Positions 12,541 to 23,978 of a stretch of 64,000 nucleotides of DNA are shown here, piece by piece. The first letter of the stretch is position 1, and every line of letters starts with the position of its first letter. The notes under the pieces are model-generated. The model made no database searches. It was not told the DNA's origin and saw only the letters and a list, made by a program, of their open reading frames with translations. Both the position numbers and the translations under genes were made by a program. The stretch covers positions 248,001-312,000 of the forward strand of contig OZ025744.1 in NCBI GenBank assembly GCA_964019335.1, in the 5' to 3' direction. This DNA comes from Diplonema japonicum (lineage: Eukaryota > Protista > Euglenozoa: Diplonemea).

Positions 12541-12707
12541 TTTTTTTTTTAAAAGATTCAAGGAGCTGTGGAAAAAAAAAAAAGTAAAAGGGGGGCCCAT
12601 AGGGGGAAAAAAATGCTCTCAATCCTTCTCAGAGGGTGCAAGCCAAAACTTTTCACACTTCTTTTTTTTTTTAAAAAAAATGATTAAAAAAAAGGGGGGG
12701 GGGTGCT

Positions 12708-13306
12708 CTACTCCTCCTTGAGCTCACCGCAGTCCTCCACCAGTACCTATTTTGGTTTGAAATATAATGTATTTTTTTTTATCATACCGGTGCCCTGGTC
12801 TGCCCGCTCTGGGACCCGACGGACTCGACCGTCTTGACCACGTCCAGACCCTCCACAACGCTGCCGAACACAACGTGCTTGCCGTCCAACCAGGGGGTGG
12901 GGGCAGTGCACAGGAAGAACTGCGACCCGTTGGTACCGGGACCGGCGTTGGCCATGGACAGAATACCGGGGCCAGTGTGCTGTGTTGTAAAAATATATAA
13001 CATATTTTTTTTTTCCCCCCTTCTTTTTAGTATTCACACCTTCAGCTGGAAGTTCTCGTCAGCGAACTTGGCGCCGTAGATGGACTTACCACCGGTACCG
13101 TTGTGGTTGGTGAAGTCACCACCCTGGCACATGAAGCCGGGGATGACACGGTGGAAGCTCGAGCCCTTGAACCCGAACCCCTTCTCGCCAGTGCAAAGGG
13201 CACGGAAGTTCTCAGCGGTCTTGGGCACCACGTCGGGCCTGAGCTTCATCACAACACGGCCGGCCTGCTTCCCACCGATAGCAATGTCAAAGAAACACTT
13301 CACCAT
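12708..13306 (-). CDS. CYPA: Cyclophilin A-type PPIase, divergent copy A
   Basis: [22 protein letters not shown]...; introns 12980..13039 and 12747..12787; distinct C-terminus [17 protein letters not shown]. Confidence 0.93.
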
Positions 13307-13410
13307 TTTCTTTTTTTTTTTTTTTTTTTTTGAAAGAAGAGAGAAATGCTGCGATAACTGGAACTCGGAGAGACGGGGAAAAAAAAAAAAAAAAAAAAAT
13401 TTTCCCCTTT

Positions 13411-13818
13411 TCAAATATCATCTGTGAACGAGAGAGCCCCAGTTTTCGTCCCCTTTATCCCCTTTTTTTTCTTAGTTTTTTTGTCGTCGTCGATCGCCTT
13501 CCGCTTTTTTGTTTTGAACGCATGCTGTCCCAGAGAGGCTGACAAATTTACATCGACGCCTGACTCCACGGCTTTCGTGAGGTTTTCATCGAGTTTTGAC
13601 TTGTCCACACCTTCGTTCTCTTCCCGTGCCAGGAATTCTTTCAGCGCCTCCGCCTGAACACGCTGGTCCTCCTCGTCGTCGAAATCACCCTCGGGGATGT
13701 CTAGGTGTTTCGTTTCCCTCTTCTCGTCCACCCGCGAGGTGGACTTCACACCCATTCTTGCCAAGAAATTCGGTATCTTCCTGACGTACTCCATTGGGGG
13801 TTCCTTCTTCCCGGGCAT
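13411..13818 (-). CDS. Small charged protein, DUF4604/KIAA1143-like
   Basis: N-terminal [12 protein letters not shown], basic C-terminal patch and terminal LSFTDD, as recalled for DUF4604 proteins; ATG follows an A-run. Confidence 0.6.
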   Translation of the reverse strand: MPGKKEPPMEYVRKIPNFLARMGVKSTSRVDEKRETKHLDIPEGDFDDEEDQRVQAEALKEFLAREENEGVDKSKLDENLTKAVESGVDVNLSASLGQHAFKTKKRKAIDDDKKTKKKKGIKGTKTGALSFTDDI

Positions 13819-13865
13819 TTTTTTTTTTCTTTTTTTTTTTTTCTGGAAAAAAAAAACTGGTGGGA

Positions 13866-13901
<36 letters not shown>

Positions 13902-13915
13902 TGTTTTTTTTTTTT

Positions 13916-15610
13916 TCAAACAACCTCCATCCACAGTTTCAAACAGCTGCCGCCGTCCGCGAAAAGAACGTCGTAATCGCCCGTAGCATGACAGTAGCGG
14001 TCGATACACCGCCACCCTGCGAGGCTTCTCATGGACACCGGGAGACCCATCGTCTCGCCACGTTCCTCGGCCAGCCACGCAAGGTACGACGACAATGCCA
14101 GCCGGGTAGGCGGACCGATACTCGGCACAGGACACAGCGTGAGCTCAGAGAGGAAGAGGGACTCGAGATAGGTAATAGGCAAAGGGTTAGGACAATACAG
14201 CTCAGACATCAAATCCAAAGGAAGATACGGTGCGACAGAAGGCGACACCTCAACGTCAAGCAACCACCGCGGAACCCGCACACCCATCGACACCAACAAC
14301 GGTACCGCCAACGGGGTCAACGACGAATCCAGCTTCTTCAAATCCTTAAGAAAGGTGTCCAGGATAAACTCCTCTGAAACCTCCTCCAACGCACAGCCTG
14401 TTAAAAACTCGTTAACAATTATAACAGGCCACCTCCTCACATTTCTCATCGTATTTTTAAGGAGTTCCCACCGAGGGCGGGTCAATTGTCGAAGATACAC
14501 CCCATGAGTGGTAACGGCTCGAGCGAAAACGGGTCCTTCCAATTTATATTCTGTAGAGATTTTGGTGTACAAAGTAGAGGTGTCGTTAATTCCCGTGCAC
14601 CGCCACAGCAAGTTAACAGCAACAGCTTCAAGTAGCTTCCACAGCATCGGTGCCGTTTCCTTTGAAAACGGCCGGTGGTAATATATATCGAAGCAAGCAC
14701 GGACGTCCCCCTGCGAGGCGTAGCACTGCAAAGTACCCTCTACCAACGCCAGCGGGGCAGCGTCGCGGGAGAACGATTTAAGAAAGTAGTTATAAACACG
14801 TGATGCGGTTGCAGCATCACGATGCAAAGCCAGCGAGAAGAGAAGATGCCGTATGTTTGTAAAATCGAAGGACGGCATACGCCGCTTCACATTTCGAAAA
14901 ACACTGTCCATGGACCCCGTCGCCACGGTGAGCGTGGAGGAGTTAAACGTGAAATTATCCATATGGTGGTGGCTTGGAAAATCACCATTGTACCTTAACA
15001 GATTTTGATACGCGTGTCTCTGTGCTCTAATTGGATAGGTCTCGGATTTTTCAAAGAAATCATTACGGTCTGTGGAATATCCCGATATGAGGTCAATGGG
15101 GATTGGGATTTCCAAGGCCGTCAAGGTGTTTAGATATGTTTTCACCAAACGTTCGTCGTTTTGTTTCACGCCCATGAACCCCGCTACCGTGTGCAGGGTG
15201 TCGGCGTTCAGCAGGTTCGGGTTTTTGAGAATTAGTTTTTTCGCGAGGTTCTTTACCTCTTCGGGGTTGCCGCGTAGCTTTGCCAACGTGATGAGCTGTT
15301 CACGCTGCCATGCAGCTGGGATTCCGATCCCTTTGGATTGGCAGATTTTGATGACTTCAGCTACTCTTGAGGGCATGCCAGTTCGGCGGTACCACTCAAT
15401 GGCGGCCCAGCTGCTTTTCAGGCCTGTCTCCGAGTTCAGCTTCAGGACTCTTGTTACCTCCTGCCGGACCTTCCTTGTTGCCTCGTACCCAGAGCCGTCA
15501 TAGTTTTTTGCAGATTGATGCTTGCTGCATAATTCCCTTATGTACTGTGCTGCAGCATGGTCGGGGTACGTGAAGGGGTCAAAGGGTCGGGCCCGCCTTA
15601 TTTGTTTCAT
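13916..15610 (-). CDS. Hypothetical alpha-helical repeat (possibly PPR-like) protein, ~564 aa
   Basis: Long intronless ORF from MKQIRRARPF; degenerate PPR-like segment LVEGTLQCYASQGDVRACFDIY. Family call is tentative. Confidence 0.65.
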   Translation of the reverse strand: MKQIRRARPFDPFTYPDHAAAQYIRELCSKHQSAKNYDGSGYEATRKVRQEVTRVLKLNSETGLKSSWAAIEWYRRTGMPSRVAEVIKICQSKGIGIPAAWQREQLITLAKLRGNPEEVKNLAKKLILKNPNLLNADTLHTVAGFMGVKQNDERLVKTYLNTLTALEIPIPIDLISGYSTDRNDFFEKSETYPIRAQRHAYQNLLRYNGDFPSHHHMDNFTFNSSTLTVATGSMDSVFRNVKRRMPSFDFTNIRHLLFSLALHRDAATASRVYNYFLKSFSRDAAPLALVEGTLQCYASQGDVRACFDIYYHRPFSKETAPMLWKLLEAVAVNLLWRCTGINDTSTLYTKISTEYKLEGPVFARAVTTHGVYLRQLTRPRWELLKNTMRNVRRWPVIIVNEFLTGCALEEVSEEFILDTFLKDLKKLDSSLTPLAVPLLVSMGVRVPRWLLDVEVSPSVAPYLPLDLMSELYCPNPLPITYLESLFLSELTLCPVPSIGPPTRLALSSYLAWLAEERGETMGLPVSMRSLAGWRCIDRYCHATGDYDVLFADGGSCLKLWMEVV

Positions 15611-15675
15611 ATTTTTTTTTCCCCCTATGGAAAAAAAAAAAAAAAAAAAGAAGAAGAAGAAGAAAAAAAAAATGG

Positions 15676-16587
15676 TCACAAGCTGGATTCGATTTTTTTT
15701 TCCAGTTTTCGCAGTCCGACGGCCTCCGACGCCAGCAGCCTCCTGGCGGTGACCCTGTGCTTCGGTACGGATTTCATTCGTTCCGCAATAACCTTCTTCG
15801 TCTTCCCGATCGCCTTCACAACATCATCCTTGGCACCCTTCTTGAAAAGCCCCAGCGGGTAAGGATAGGGGACAACGGAAACCTCTCTCGACGATAAAGC
15901 CGGATAAGGCTGGGAAGAAAATATCAACGAAGGCGGACAGAGTAAAGGAGCAGCAGAGTGGTGAATTGCGTGGTGAGACGAAACCGGCGGGATACCGTAA
16001 TCATGAAGCAGCTGCGGAGGGGACAAGGGTCCGTAAGAAAGCAGGATTTCCGATTTACCCGAATTCACAACCGGGAGGAAGGTCCTGACACTAATGTGAG
16101 AACAAGTTTCCTCAAGAAAAACGTTGAAATTTCGATCAGAGTGGTTTATGAAATCGACGACAGGGATGAGAACGTACTGCTTGTTGTCGTTCAGACGGAA
16201 GGCTCTGCTTAGTGCCACGCCAGCTGCTCTCAAGGTGTCGCCCTTTAACCGTAAATTGTTTTCATCAAATACAAAATCCAAGGTTATCGACCCCCGGGCT
16301 TTTTCCTTTTCCTCTTTTTTCCATATCGGAAGGCCGCCCTTCTCATTCCATATCGCTGTTTTATACACCCCTTCGTGGGCCTCCAGAGCCGCCCCGATAC
16401 CTGCCACGGTATCTGCTTCTAGAGTTGCTTTCTTGCTGATTCTGATCAGGACTTCCCCCGGTTCGTGCTTGCTCGTCGTGAACAGGCCCCTCCTGGTCTT
16501 TCCCTTGGAATTTTTCACCGATTGCACCGTGAGGCTTTTGTGCACATAGCACCCTGGGATGATTGAGTACTGTTTTAATACTTCCAT
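15676..16587 (-). CDS. SET-domain lysine methyltransferase (Rubisco LSMT/SETD-like)
   Basis: RRGLFTT, LIPVVDFINHS and EILLSYG...LLHDYG motifs. Confidence 0.88.
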   Translation of the reverse strand: MEVLKQYSIIPGCYVHKSLTVQSVKNSKGKTRRGLFTTSKHEPGEVLIRISKKATLEADTVAGIGAALEAHEGVYKTAIWNEKGGLPIWKKEEKEKARGSITLDFVFDENNLRLKGDTLRAAGVALSRAFRLNDNKQYVLIPVVDFINHSDRNFNVFLEETCSHISVRTFLPVVNSGKSEILLSYGPLSPPQLLHDYGIPPVSSHHAIHHSAAPLLCPPSLIFSSQPYPALSSREVSVVPYPYPLGLFKKGAKDDVVKAIGKTKKVIAERMKSVPKHRVTARRLLASEAVGLRKLEKKIESSL

Positions 16588-16995
16588 TTTTTTTTTCTTT
16601 TAGATTGTAGACCCGGGTAAAGGTCTTGCTGCTCTAATTTTGGTGGCGAGAGTATGGGGGAAGAAAAAAAAAAAGAAAAAAAAAAAACAGAAAAGGAAAG
16701 AGGAAGGGGGGACGAGGGAACAATTCTAGAAGAAAAAAAAAATTAGTGGGAGGGGGGGCCCGTGTAACATTTCTTGTCATTCGTTTTCCTCTTTTTTTTT
16801 TTAAATCTTTTTTGTTTCCTTTTTTTTTTTGATAATTACAGCAACATAGTGTTTCTGTTCATCATGAAGGGAGGGGGATCCGGGGGGGAGGGAGGGGAAT
16901 TAGTTTTTAAAAAACGAGAGAAAGGGAAGAAAGAAAAAGAAGTATAACTGGGGGGAGGCAGAAACTCCCCCAACCGTTTTTTTTTTTTTTTTTTT

Positions 16996-17566
16996 ATTTC
17001 ACTCTTCGTCATTTTCTTCACTCACTAGGGGCCTCATTATTTAACGCGAAACGGCCATTATTTAACGCGAAATCGCCATTATTTAACTAGTTAAATAATG
17101 AGATTTTGCAGTTAAATAATGGCCCTTCAGAGTGAAATAATGGCCCTTCAGAGTGGAAAAATGAGTCTCGCCGTGGAAAAAAATGCACCCAACCCCTTGA
17201 AAAATCTTTTTGGGGTGGGCGTATTTTGACTATTTTTGGCCATCTGAGGCCATTCCAGCCCTTAAAAGTGGGAATAAGTGCCTTACTTCCCCTTTAAATG
17301 CCACGGCGAAATAGCAACCCCATATTACCTTAGGAAACTCCCCAAAAAGGCTGACCTGCGTGAAAAAAAACAGCAGTGAAAGCAGTGAAGAGTGAGTGAC
17401 TCAAATGACGAAGAGTGAAATAAAACGACTTACTTGCCGCCAAATGAGCCATTATTTAACACTCGTTACCCGTTTTTTTGAACTCGGGCCCTGCGGGCCC
17501 TCGTGCAAAAAATTCGGGAACTCGAGTTAAATAATGACTCATAATTTGTTGGCAATAAATAGTTAT
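16996..17566. mobile_element. Non-autonomous repeat with internal inverted repeat and terminal ~130-nt palindrome
   Basis: Highly similar to 55063..55581. ATTTCACTCTTCGTCATTT (~16997) is inverted at ~17403; hairpin ~17430..17560 has a GGGCCC-TGC-GGGCCC apex; T-runs on both sides. Confidence 0.85.
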
Positions 17567-17680
17567 TTTTTTCCCATAGAAAAACATCGCTCACGATATG
17601 CAAACCGTTTTCATTCTATTTCCCCCCCACCAAAAGTCTGTAATGTCTCCCCATGTAATTGTCAAGACTAAAAAAAAAAA

Positions 17681-17740
17681 ACTAGTTGATGGCAGCGTAA
17701 TGAGCTATTTTATTAGGTAAAATTCCGCTCGTGCGCACAA
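17681..17740. repeat. Short dispersed repeat (also 56521..56590 in opposite orientation; diverged copies ~27912 and ~28196)
   Basis: actagttgatggcagcgtaatgagctatttt...ggtaaaattccgctcgtgcgcacaa is the reverse complement of ~56532..56590. Confidence 0.75.
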
Positions 17741-17915
17741 ACAATAGAAGAAAGAGGAAAAAAAAAGAAGAAGAAAAAAAAAAAGAGACACTTAAGGGTA
17801 CCTGCGGTGTGTGGCAGGACGCCTGACATGTAAAAAAAAAGAAAAAAAGAAAGAAAAAAACATATTATTTGCAAATCCATCGAAATACCCTCCCTCTCCC
17901 TTCTCTTTTTTCTCT

Positions 17916-17948
<33 letters not shown>

Positions 17949-19350
17949 CCAAATACACTAGTAAGTTTTTTTTTGATCGCCTTCTTAAAACCTTTATTTC
18001 GGTTGTAACAAGAGACTTTAATATGAATAAATGCCTTTTTTTTTGCGATGGAGGACGTAAGTAAACAAAGGAGAGGGGGGGGGGGGGGGGAAGAGTTTCC
18101 GGCCACTCATGATTTAACTGTGCAGGGGGGGAAGAAAAAGAAAAACCCTTATGCAGGTTTTTTTTTTCTCGTTTTTCTTTTTAGAATTAAGAATTAGTTT
18201 TAGAACGGGTGAGACCCCCCCCCCCCCCCCCCCCCCAATTGCAAACATAGAGGTTTAAAAAAAGAAAAAAGAAAAAGAGAGCAAGATAAAAAAAAAAGAA
18301 AAAAAGATCTATTGGTGATACTGAAAACTGAACCCAAGCTAAGACAAACTTTGGAGGGAAAAAAAAAAGAGAGAAGGAAAAAAAGAAAATCAACCGCTGT
18401 AGCGTAGTCATCAAAGTGACCAAGGCTCAGCGAGATATGGTTTAGAAGAGTTTTTTTTTTTTTTTTTTGAAAATATGACGAGTAAAAAAAGAGAAAAAAA
18501 AGAAGAAAAAAAAAAAGAACCTCCAAGCCAACTAGGTGGCAATGTGGATAATCTTTTTTTTTTTTTTTTTTGAAACTCGGCATGAACTGGGTCGTTTGAT
18601 TTGAGGATTTTATGAATAGAACGATAGTAGCAGCTGCTTTTCCCCCCACCCCCCTTTTTTTTACTTTTTTAAAATGCAGTTTGGGCATGACCTTGCTCAA
18701 GAAAAAATTCACAGAGCGGTATGAAAGATAAAAAAGGGGGGAGGATGAAATACTTAACGCAAAAAAAAAAAAAAAAATCACTATGACAGGAACGAAGTGG
18801 TTAGCAACGGCCCGCCAAAAAAAAAAAAAAAAATAGGAATCACGATAGGAGATAGATGAAAAATGGGGCTTTTTTTTTCTCTCTTTTATTTTTTTTTTAT
18901 TGTGTGAGTTATCACGGAGCTGAAGAAAAAAAAAAAACTTCCCAGGGGTAAGTGTGTGGTTTTGTTTTTGTTTTCTTTTTTTTATTCATTCGTTCTTTTC
19001 TTTCTATACCCTCTCCCCCCGCCCCCTTACAGATTAATAGCAAACTCTGGTCCGGGTACCAAAAAAAAAAAAGAAAAAGAAAAAAAAGTAGAGTGACTCA
19101 AGAAAATGACAGAAAGAGAAACCCGAGTTAAAAATTATTATAACTCTTTTTTTTTTTTAAAGTTTTTTTTGTTTTGGTACCAGATTTGCATTTCTTTTTC
19201 TTTTTTTTTTTTGAGGGAGGGGTTTTTTTCTTTTTCTTTCTCTCTTCTTCTTCTTTCATTCATTTCTTGCCCCCTAGAGGGGGGGGTTAATCGCAAGAAA
19301 AAAAAAAAGAACAAAAAAAAAAAAAAAAAAAAAAAAAAAAGAAAAAAAAC

Positions 19351-20196
19351 TCATTTCACAGGTGCAACCGCAAAGTTGTTTGCGGCCACTCTGTTACGTA
19401 GCCTGGACACCATGGTGGAGGCCTCAACAAGAACTATGGGGGAAAGAATCTTCCGCCTTCTCGGGGTGGTGGGACACACCGCATTGTCCTCAGGAGGGGA
19501 AAAGACACTCTTGCAAGTTACCATAGAATGCATGCCTATTACATCCTTCAACCTCCACACCATGGGCCGAGAGAGGAAGGCCCGATCAGCCTCTTTATCC
19601 AACCGTCGGGATATTAGAATAGATTCCACCGTCACACTTTTTCGTCTCGAGGTTGGAGAGGTGACAGAGGGGGGTGCCATGGACTTGAGTTCGTTGTAGG
19701 TAGGCGAAAAAAGACCGGTTTTTGTCCCCTCCTTGACTTTTACCCTGTGAATTACATAAGCACGAAGAACGAATCTTTGCATGTCAGATGCTTTTGTTTC
19801 GGTGCTTCTGAGCTGGTAGAGGTGTTCTTTCCCGAGCTTTGATGACATCAACGATCTTGCCTCGATGGCTGAACGGAGCTTCCTTGCTTTATTCGCTTCC
19901 ATTGCCCTCCACTTCATCAAGACGCTTTGGAGCAACTGGTTTCTCTTCTTGAGGACCGTGCGCCACCACCGCTGAACCGTTCTTGCGGAATTGTCCCACA
20001 TTTTGAGCTTTAAGAATTTGCTTGCCAGAGACCCCTCATGGATAGCCGTCAATGCTGACTTGATGATGTCGATTCCCCCCTGAACACCAACCGCGCCCTC
20101 CGTTCTTTTTTTTCTGCATTGCACCCACCTTTTCAAGGGGCTGTCGTGGGCTGTTCCAAGCTGGGATATTTCTGTCAGTGCGCCAAGGACCCTCAT
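19351..20196 (-). CDS. IQ-motif-containing hypothetical protein (281 aa)
   Basis: Intronless ORF after an A-run; SARTVQRWWRTVLKKR IQ-like motif. Confidence 0.75.
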   Translation of the reverse strand: MRVLGALTEISQLGTAHDSPLKRWVQCRKKRTEGAVGVQGGIDIIKSALTAIHEGSLASKFLKLKMWDNSARTVQRWWRTVLKKRNQLLQSVLMKWRAMEANKARKLRSAIEARSLMSSKLGKEHLYQLRSTETKASDMQRFVLRAYVIHRVKVKEGTKTGLFSPTYNELKSMAPPSVTSPTSRRKSVTVESILISRRLDKEADRAFLSRPMVWRLKDVIGMHSMVTCKSVFSPPEDNAVCPTTPRRRKILSPIVLVEASTMVSRLRNRVAANNFAVAPVK

Positions 20197-20436
20197 TTTT
20201 TTTTCCTTTTTTGAATTTAGAGGGGGGGGGAAGAAAGAGAAAAAAAGGAAAAGAGGGGGGGGGGGTAAAATTGAATGAATCAGAATATACGAGATGGGTG
20301 TGGGAAATCATAAGTAGAGAAAAGGGTCCGTTTTTTCTTAGCGTACAAAGGAAAAGAAAGCATAGTATCCAGGGTTAACCGATCACCCGCGGGTTTTTAA
20401 TTACAATCGGGTTTTAAATTGACGTCAAATGAAAGG

Positions 20437-21120
20437 CGAGCATGCAACCATGCTTAAAACCCTTATATTCGTATCCCGGGCCCCCCAGATACACAAAGCC
20501 GGCCCCAGGGAGCATCAAAACGACTTAGAAAAGGATTATTTTCTCGAAAAGCTGTTTTTTCGCTTTTTTTGACGGGTTTTTAATTAAAAGCGAAAAAACA
20601 AAAAAAATCGAAAATCAAAAATTAAAACAGGAGGAGAGCATGCAATCATGCTTAAAACCCTTCGTTTCACCCCCAGATACACAAAGCCGACCCCAGGGAG
20701 CATCAAAATGACATAGAAAAGGATTATTTTCCCGAAAAGCTGGTGCTTCCCTGTTTCAGGCAGGATCCTAATTGGGAGCGAAATCAAAAGTCAATAATTA
20801 AAACGGGAGGAGAGCACGCAACCATGCATATAATAACCCTTTTATTCGTCCCCCGGGCCCCCCAGATACACAAAGCCGACCCCAGGGAGCATCAAAACGA
20901 CTTAGAAAAGGATTATTTTCCCGAAAGGCTGTTTTTCCGCTTTTTTTTGGCGGTTTTTCTTCTTTTTTCTGTTTAAATAGGAGCGAAATCAAAAATCAAT
21001 AATTAGAACGGGAGGAGAGCATGCAACCATACTTATAACCCTTCTATTCGTCTCCCGGACCTCCCAGGTACACAACGCCTGCATCGAAACAACTTAGAAA
21101 AGGATTATTTTCCCGAAAAT
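20437..21120. repeat. Four tandem ~180-200 bp subterminal repeats
   Basis: Units start gagcaYgcaa at ~20438, 20636, 20812 and 21016, each containing ...cagRtacacaa...agaaaaggattatttt; another unit at ~51365..51460. Confidence 0.85.
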
Positions 21121-21872
21121 CGGCATTCTCCCTGTTTTTGGCGGGTTTTTAACTGGGCACGAAAGTCAATAATGAAAAACATTGAAACTTGAACGGGAAG
21201 TAGCAACGCACAAAGTAAGGGGGCGCCTTGAAAAGCTCCATGGGACACACGGAAGCGTGCCCGTTGAGGCAGGATGTTCACCCACAGAGAACTGAATGCA
21301 CGCACACAGCGATGAACGCACAATTTCTTACCTCCCTGCTTGCAACCCGGCGTGCCTGAGAACGTGGTGCCTGTCAGACGAAGACAGAGCACCACCGATG
21401 TCCTGGTTCAGGTACAAGAACAACAGCTGCCTTCGTACGTCTGGTGTGAGGCGGAATAGACGACTTGCAAACGGAGCACCATATTACATGGGTGCCCCCC
21501 CGCAAGAGACCCCTGGACGGTTCCGAAAGAGTTTCGACAGACACCACGGAGAAGAATCTGTCGATGGCGGGGTTTCGGGTCACAAGGTTAGTGAAAACGA
21601 TGTGCTCCGGCGTATCTTCCGCAGGTACGGTTTTGGGAGGTGCGTCTTGGAGTGTAGGCTGGCTTAGCACCCTCAACTGAGCCGCTGAGTTCTTCACCTC
21701 TACCGTTTGTGGAAGGGGTGCGCGCCCCCGCTTCTTCCGGGCTTGCGTTATCGGTGTCCTCCCCACCGTTCTTAGCCTTGTCAGCAGCGATCCTGCTAGC
21801 AAGTGTGCCCTTGGTGCCGTAGGAGCTTAATTTCCTCCTTTTGGCATGGGCCACCAGTTGTATAAAAAAGTA

Positions 21873-22147
21873 CCAGTTTTTTCAAAACTGCATTTAAGGC
21901 CTTAAATAAGGCTCTATTTTGGGTTTTGATGGCTGGAATGGGCTCAGATCGTCAAAATAGGGTTTTTAGAAAAAAGAATTTTTTGAGCATGGTCTTGGTA
22001 TTTTTTGCAGAAATATGGGTTTTGGATCGATCAAACCGATTTTTTTTTTTTCAAAAACCCTATTTTGACGATCTGAGCCCATTCCAGCCATTAAAACCCA
22101 AAATAGAGCCTTATTTAAGGCCTTAAATGCAGTTTTGAAAAAACTGG
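21873..22147. repeat. ~100-bp near-perfect inverted repeat with ~70-nt spacer
   Basis: ccagttttttcaaaactgcatttaaggcc...cgtcaaaatagggttttt versus its reverse complement at ~22045..22147; single arms recur at ~51583 and ~62285. Confidence 0.9.
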
Positions 22148-23978
22148 TTTTCAGACCTGTAATTCTCCTGGGTCAGGGAGGTCCAAGTTAAAAACAATCT
22201 TGGTATTTTTTGCCAGAAATATGGGTTTTGGATCGATCAAACCGATCCGAAATTAGAAAAAAACCGATCATTAACCCGACTGTGATCGAAAATCTAAAAT
22301 TGCTCGGGTCGGGTTTCAAAACCCGAAGGTGATCGGTTAACCCTGGACACTATGTTTTTTTAACTGCATTACGATGCTCGCGATAAGGGAAAGAAAAAAA
22401 AAAGGAAAAAAAAAAAAAAAAAAAAAAAAAAGAAATAAGCCATAACGAAACAAAGCAAGAAAGAAAAAAAAAAAAAAAAAACTTTATTTTTTCAACTTTA
22501 GGGGGGTAAAGCTTGCTAGGCAGCTGGATAGGCTAGGAAGACGGGCTGGTTTTTGCTATGGCACACACAATGTCACAAGACGCAAGGACAGCCACTGCCC
22601 CCTCCGACCGAAGGTCTGTTTGTTCTGTTGAGTCCTAAAGCAAGAGGATCAAGCATGTAGGCAAGAGGGCGCTGCTTGGTGAAACGACCATTCTTCTGGT
22701 GGGGGTGGAAAATTCTAGAAAGAAAGAAAAAAAAGCTTTTTTTTGTGTAACAGTTTTTTTTTTTTTTTTTTTTTTCCCTTTCTTCTTCTTGCAATAATAA
22801 TTCTTTTTCAAAGTTTGTTCCAGCAACGGGGGGGGGGGGGGGAAGAGAGGAAAAAAAAAAAGAGAAACAAAATTGTCGCGAAACACTTCGTTTTCACTTG
22901 AGGTTTTTGAGGCTAATTCTTGGCACAAGGGCAAAATTATAGCTATCATTTTTTTTTCCCCCTTTTTTTCTTAACTTCACTCATTACTTTGTTACCAGAT
23001 TTGTATTTATTTTATTCTGTTAACTTAATGCATTGTGTAAATTATGTTACCTTTTTTAGGATTTTTTTTGGACCCGACTTGGGACCTTTTACGGAACAAT
23101 ACAAGAAAAAAGTTTTTTTTTGCCAATTTAAGGACTTTTTACACAACATAACAGGTTCAATTCCGGTAGTAAATAGCTATTTTTTTTTTTTTTTTTTGCT
23201 CAAAAAGTTGCGTTTGAATGAATAATAAAAAAGGGGGAAATCACCGTTCACAGATGAGAAAAAAAAGGGGGGGGGGAACACTTTTCCCCGGTTCCTTGAA
23301 ACCTAACTTTTTTTTTTCCCCTCTTTTCCACCATCCACTGTAACCTGTATCAGTTTTATGCCTGATGATTGGAGTTTATCATGAAATAAAAGGAAAAAAA
23401 AAAAAGACCACAAGCTGTGGCTACCCTGGAGGAGTGAATGGGACTAAATAAACTAAAAATGGGAACTATAAGAAAGAGGGTTTCATGGAAATAAAAACAG
23501 GTTAACCTGTTAGCGGAAAAAAGGGGAAAAAAAGAAAAAAAAAAAAGAAATCTCATTTTGTGAACAGTGTTTTTTTTTTATATAGCACAATAAAAAAAAA
23601 AAAAAAAAAAGAGTTAAAGGAGGCCGGTGTTGGCGGCGCCCTGCACAAGAACTGTCTACTGGAGTACAGGGGGCGCGCCGCGGCCGAGTTGTATCTTCTT
23701 CTGCGTTCCGCGTCGTGTCCTTAATGCGTGCGGTGTACAGCTCAACCCCAGCCGGTGCGTCCCAGGTACACCAAGATTCTTCGCTCGTGCAGTTTGCTGC
23801 CTGTTCGTCACCCTGAGCATCTGCATTATGTTCTTCCACTCGGGCGCTACCGGTGATGACCGACGAGGAGGTCAACAGCGAACAACACATCTGATGTTTT
23901 TTCTTATATTTTTCATGTTATCCCCACCCACCTGAAAAAAAAAAAAAAAGAAAAAAGAAAAAAAGAAAAAAAAAAAGT

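Larger units (their letters stand above)
20361..22354. mobile_element. TIR DNA transposon derivative (CATAG-ended), ~2 kb
   Basis: TIRs catagtatccagggttaaccgatcacc..cgggtttt (20361) and aaaacccg..ggtgatcggttaaccctggacactatg (to 22354). Contains internal tandem repeats and a frameshifted minus-strand ORF remnant (21374..21854) with WCSVCK. No clean TSD. Confidence 0.8.

Noticed and set aside
20437-21120. Regularly spaced repeats resembling a CRISPR array
   Set aside because: Units are ~190 bp without unique spacers, there are no cas genes, the context is eukaryotic, and they lie inside a TIR element.
22573-23890. Possible multi-exon gene from islands at 23640..23890, ~22880..22950 and 22573..22700
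   Set aside because: No consistent splice path or recognisable domain; may be UTR or transposon debris.
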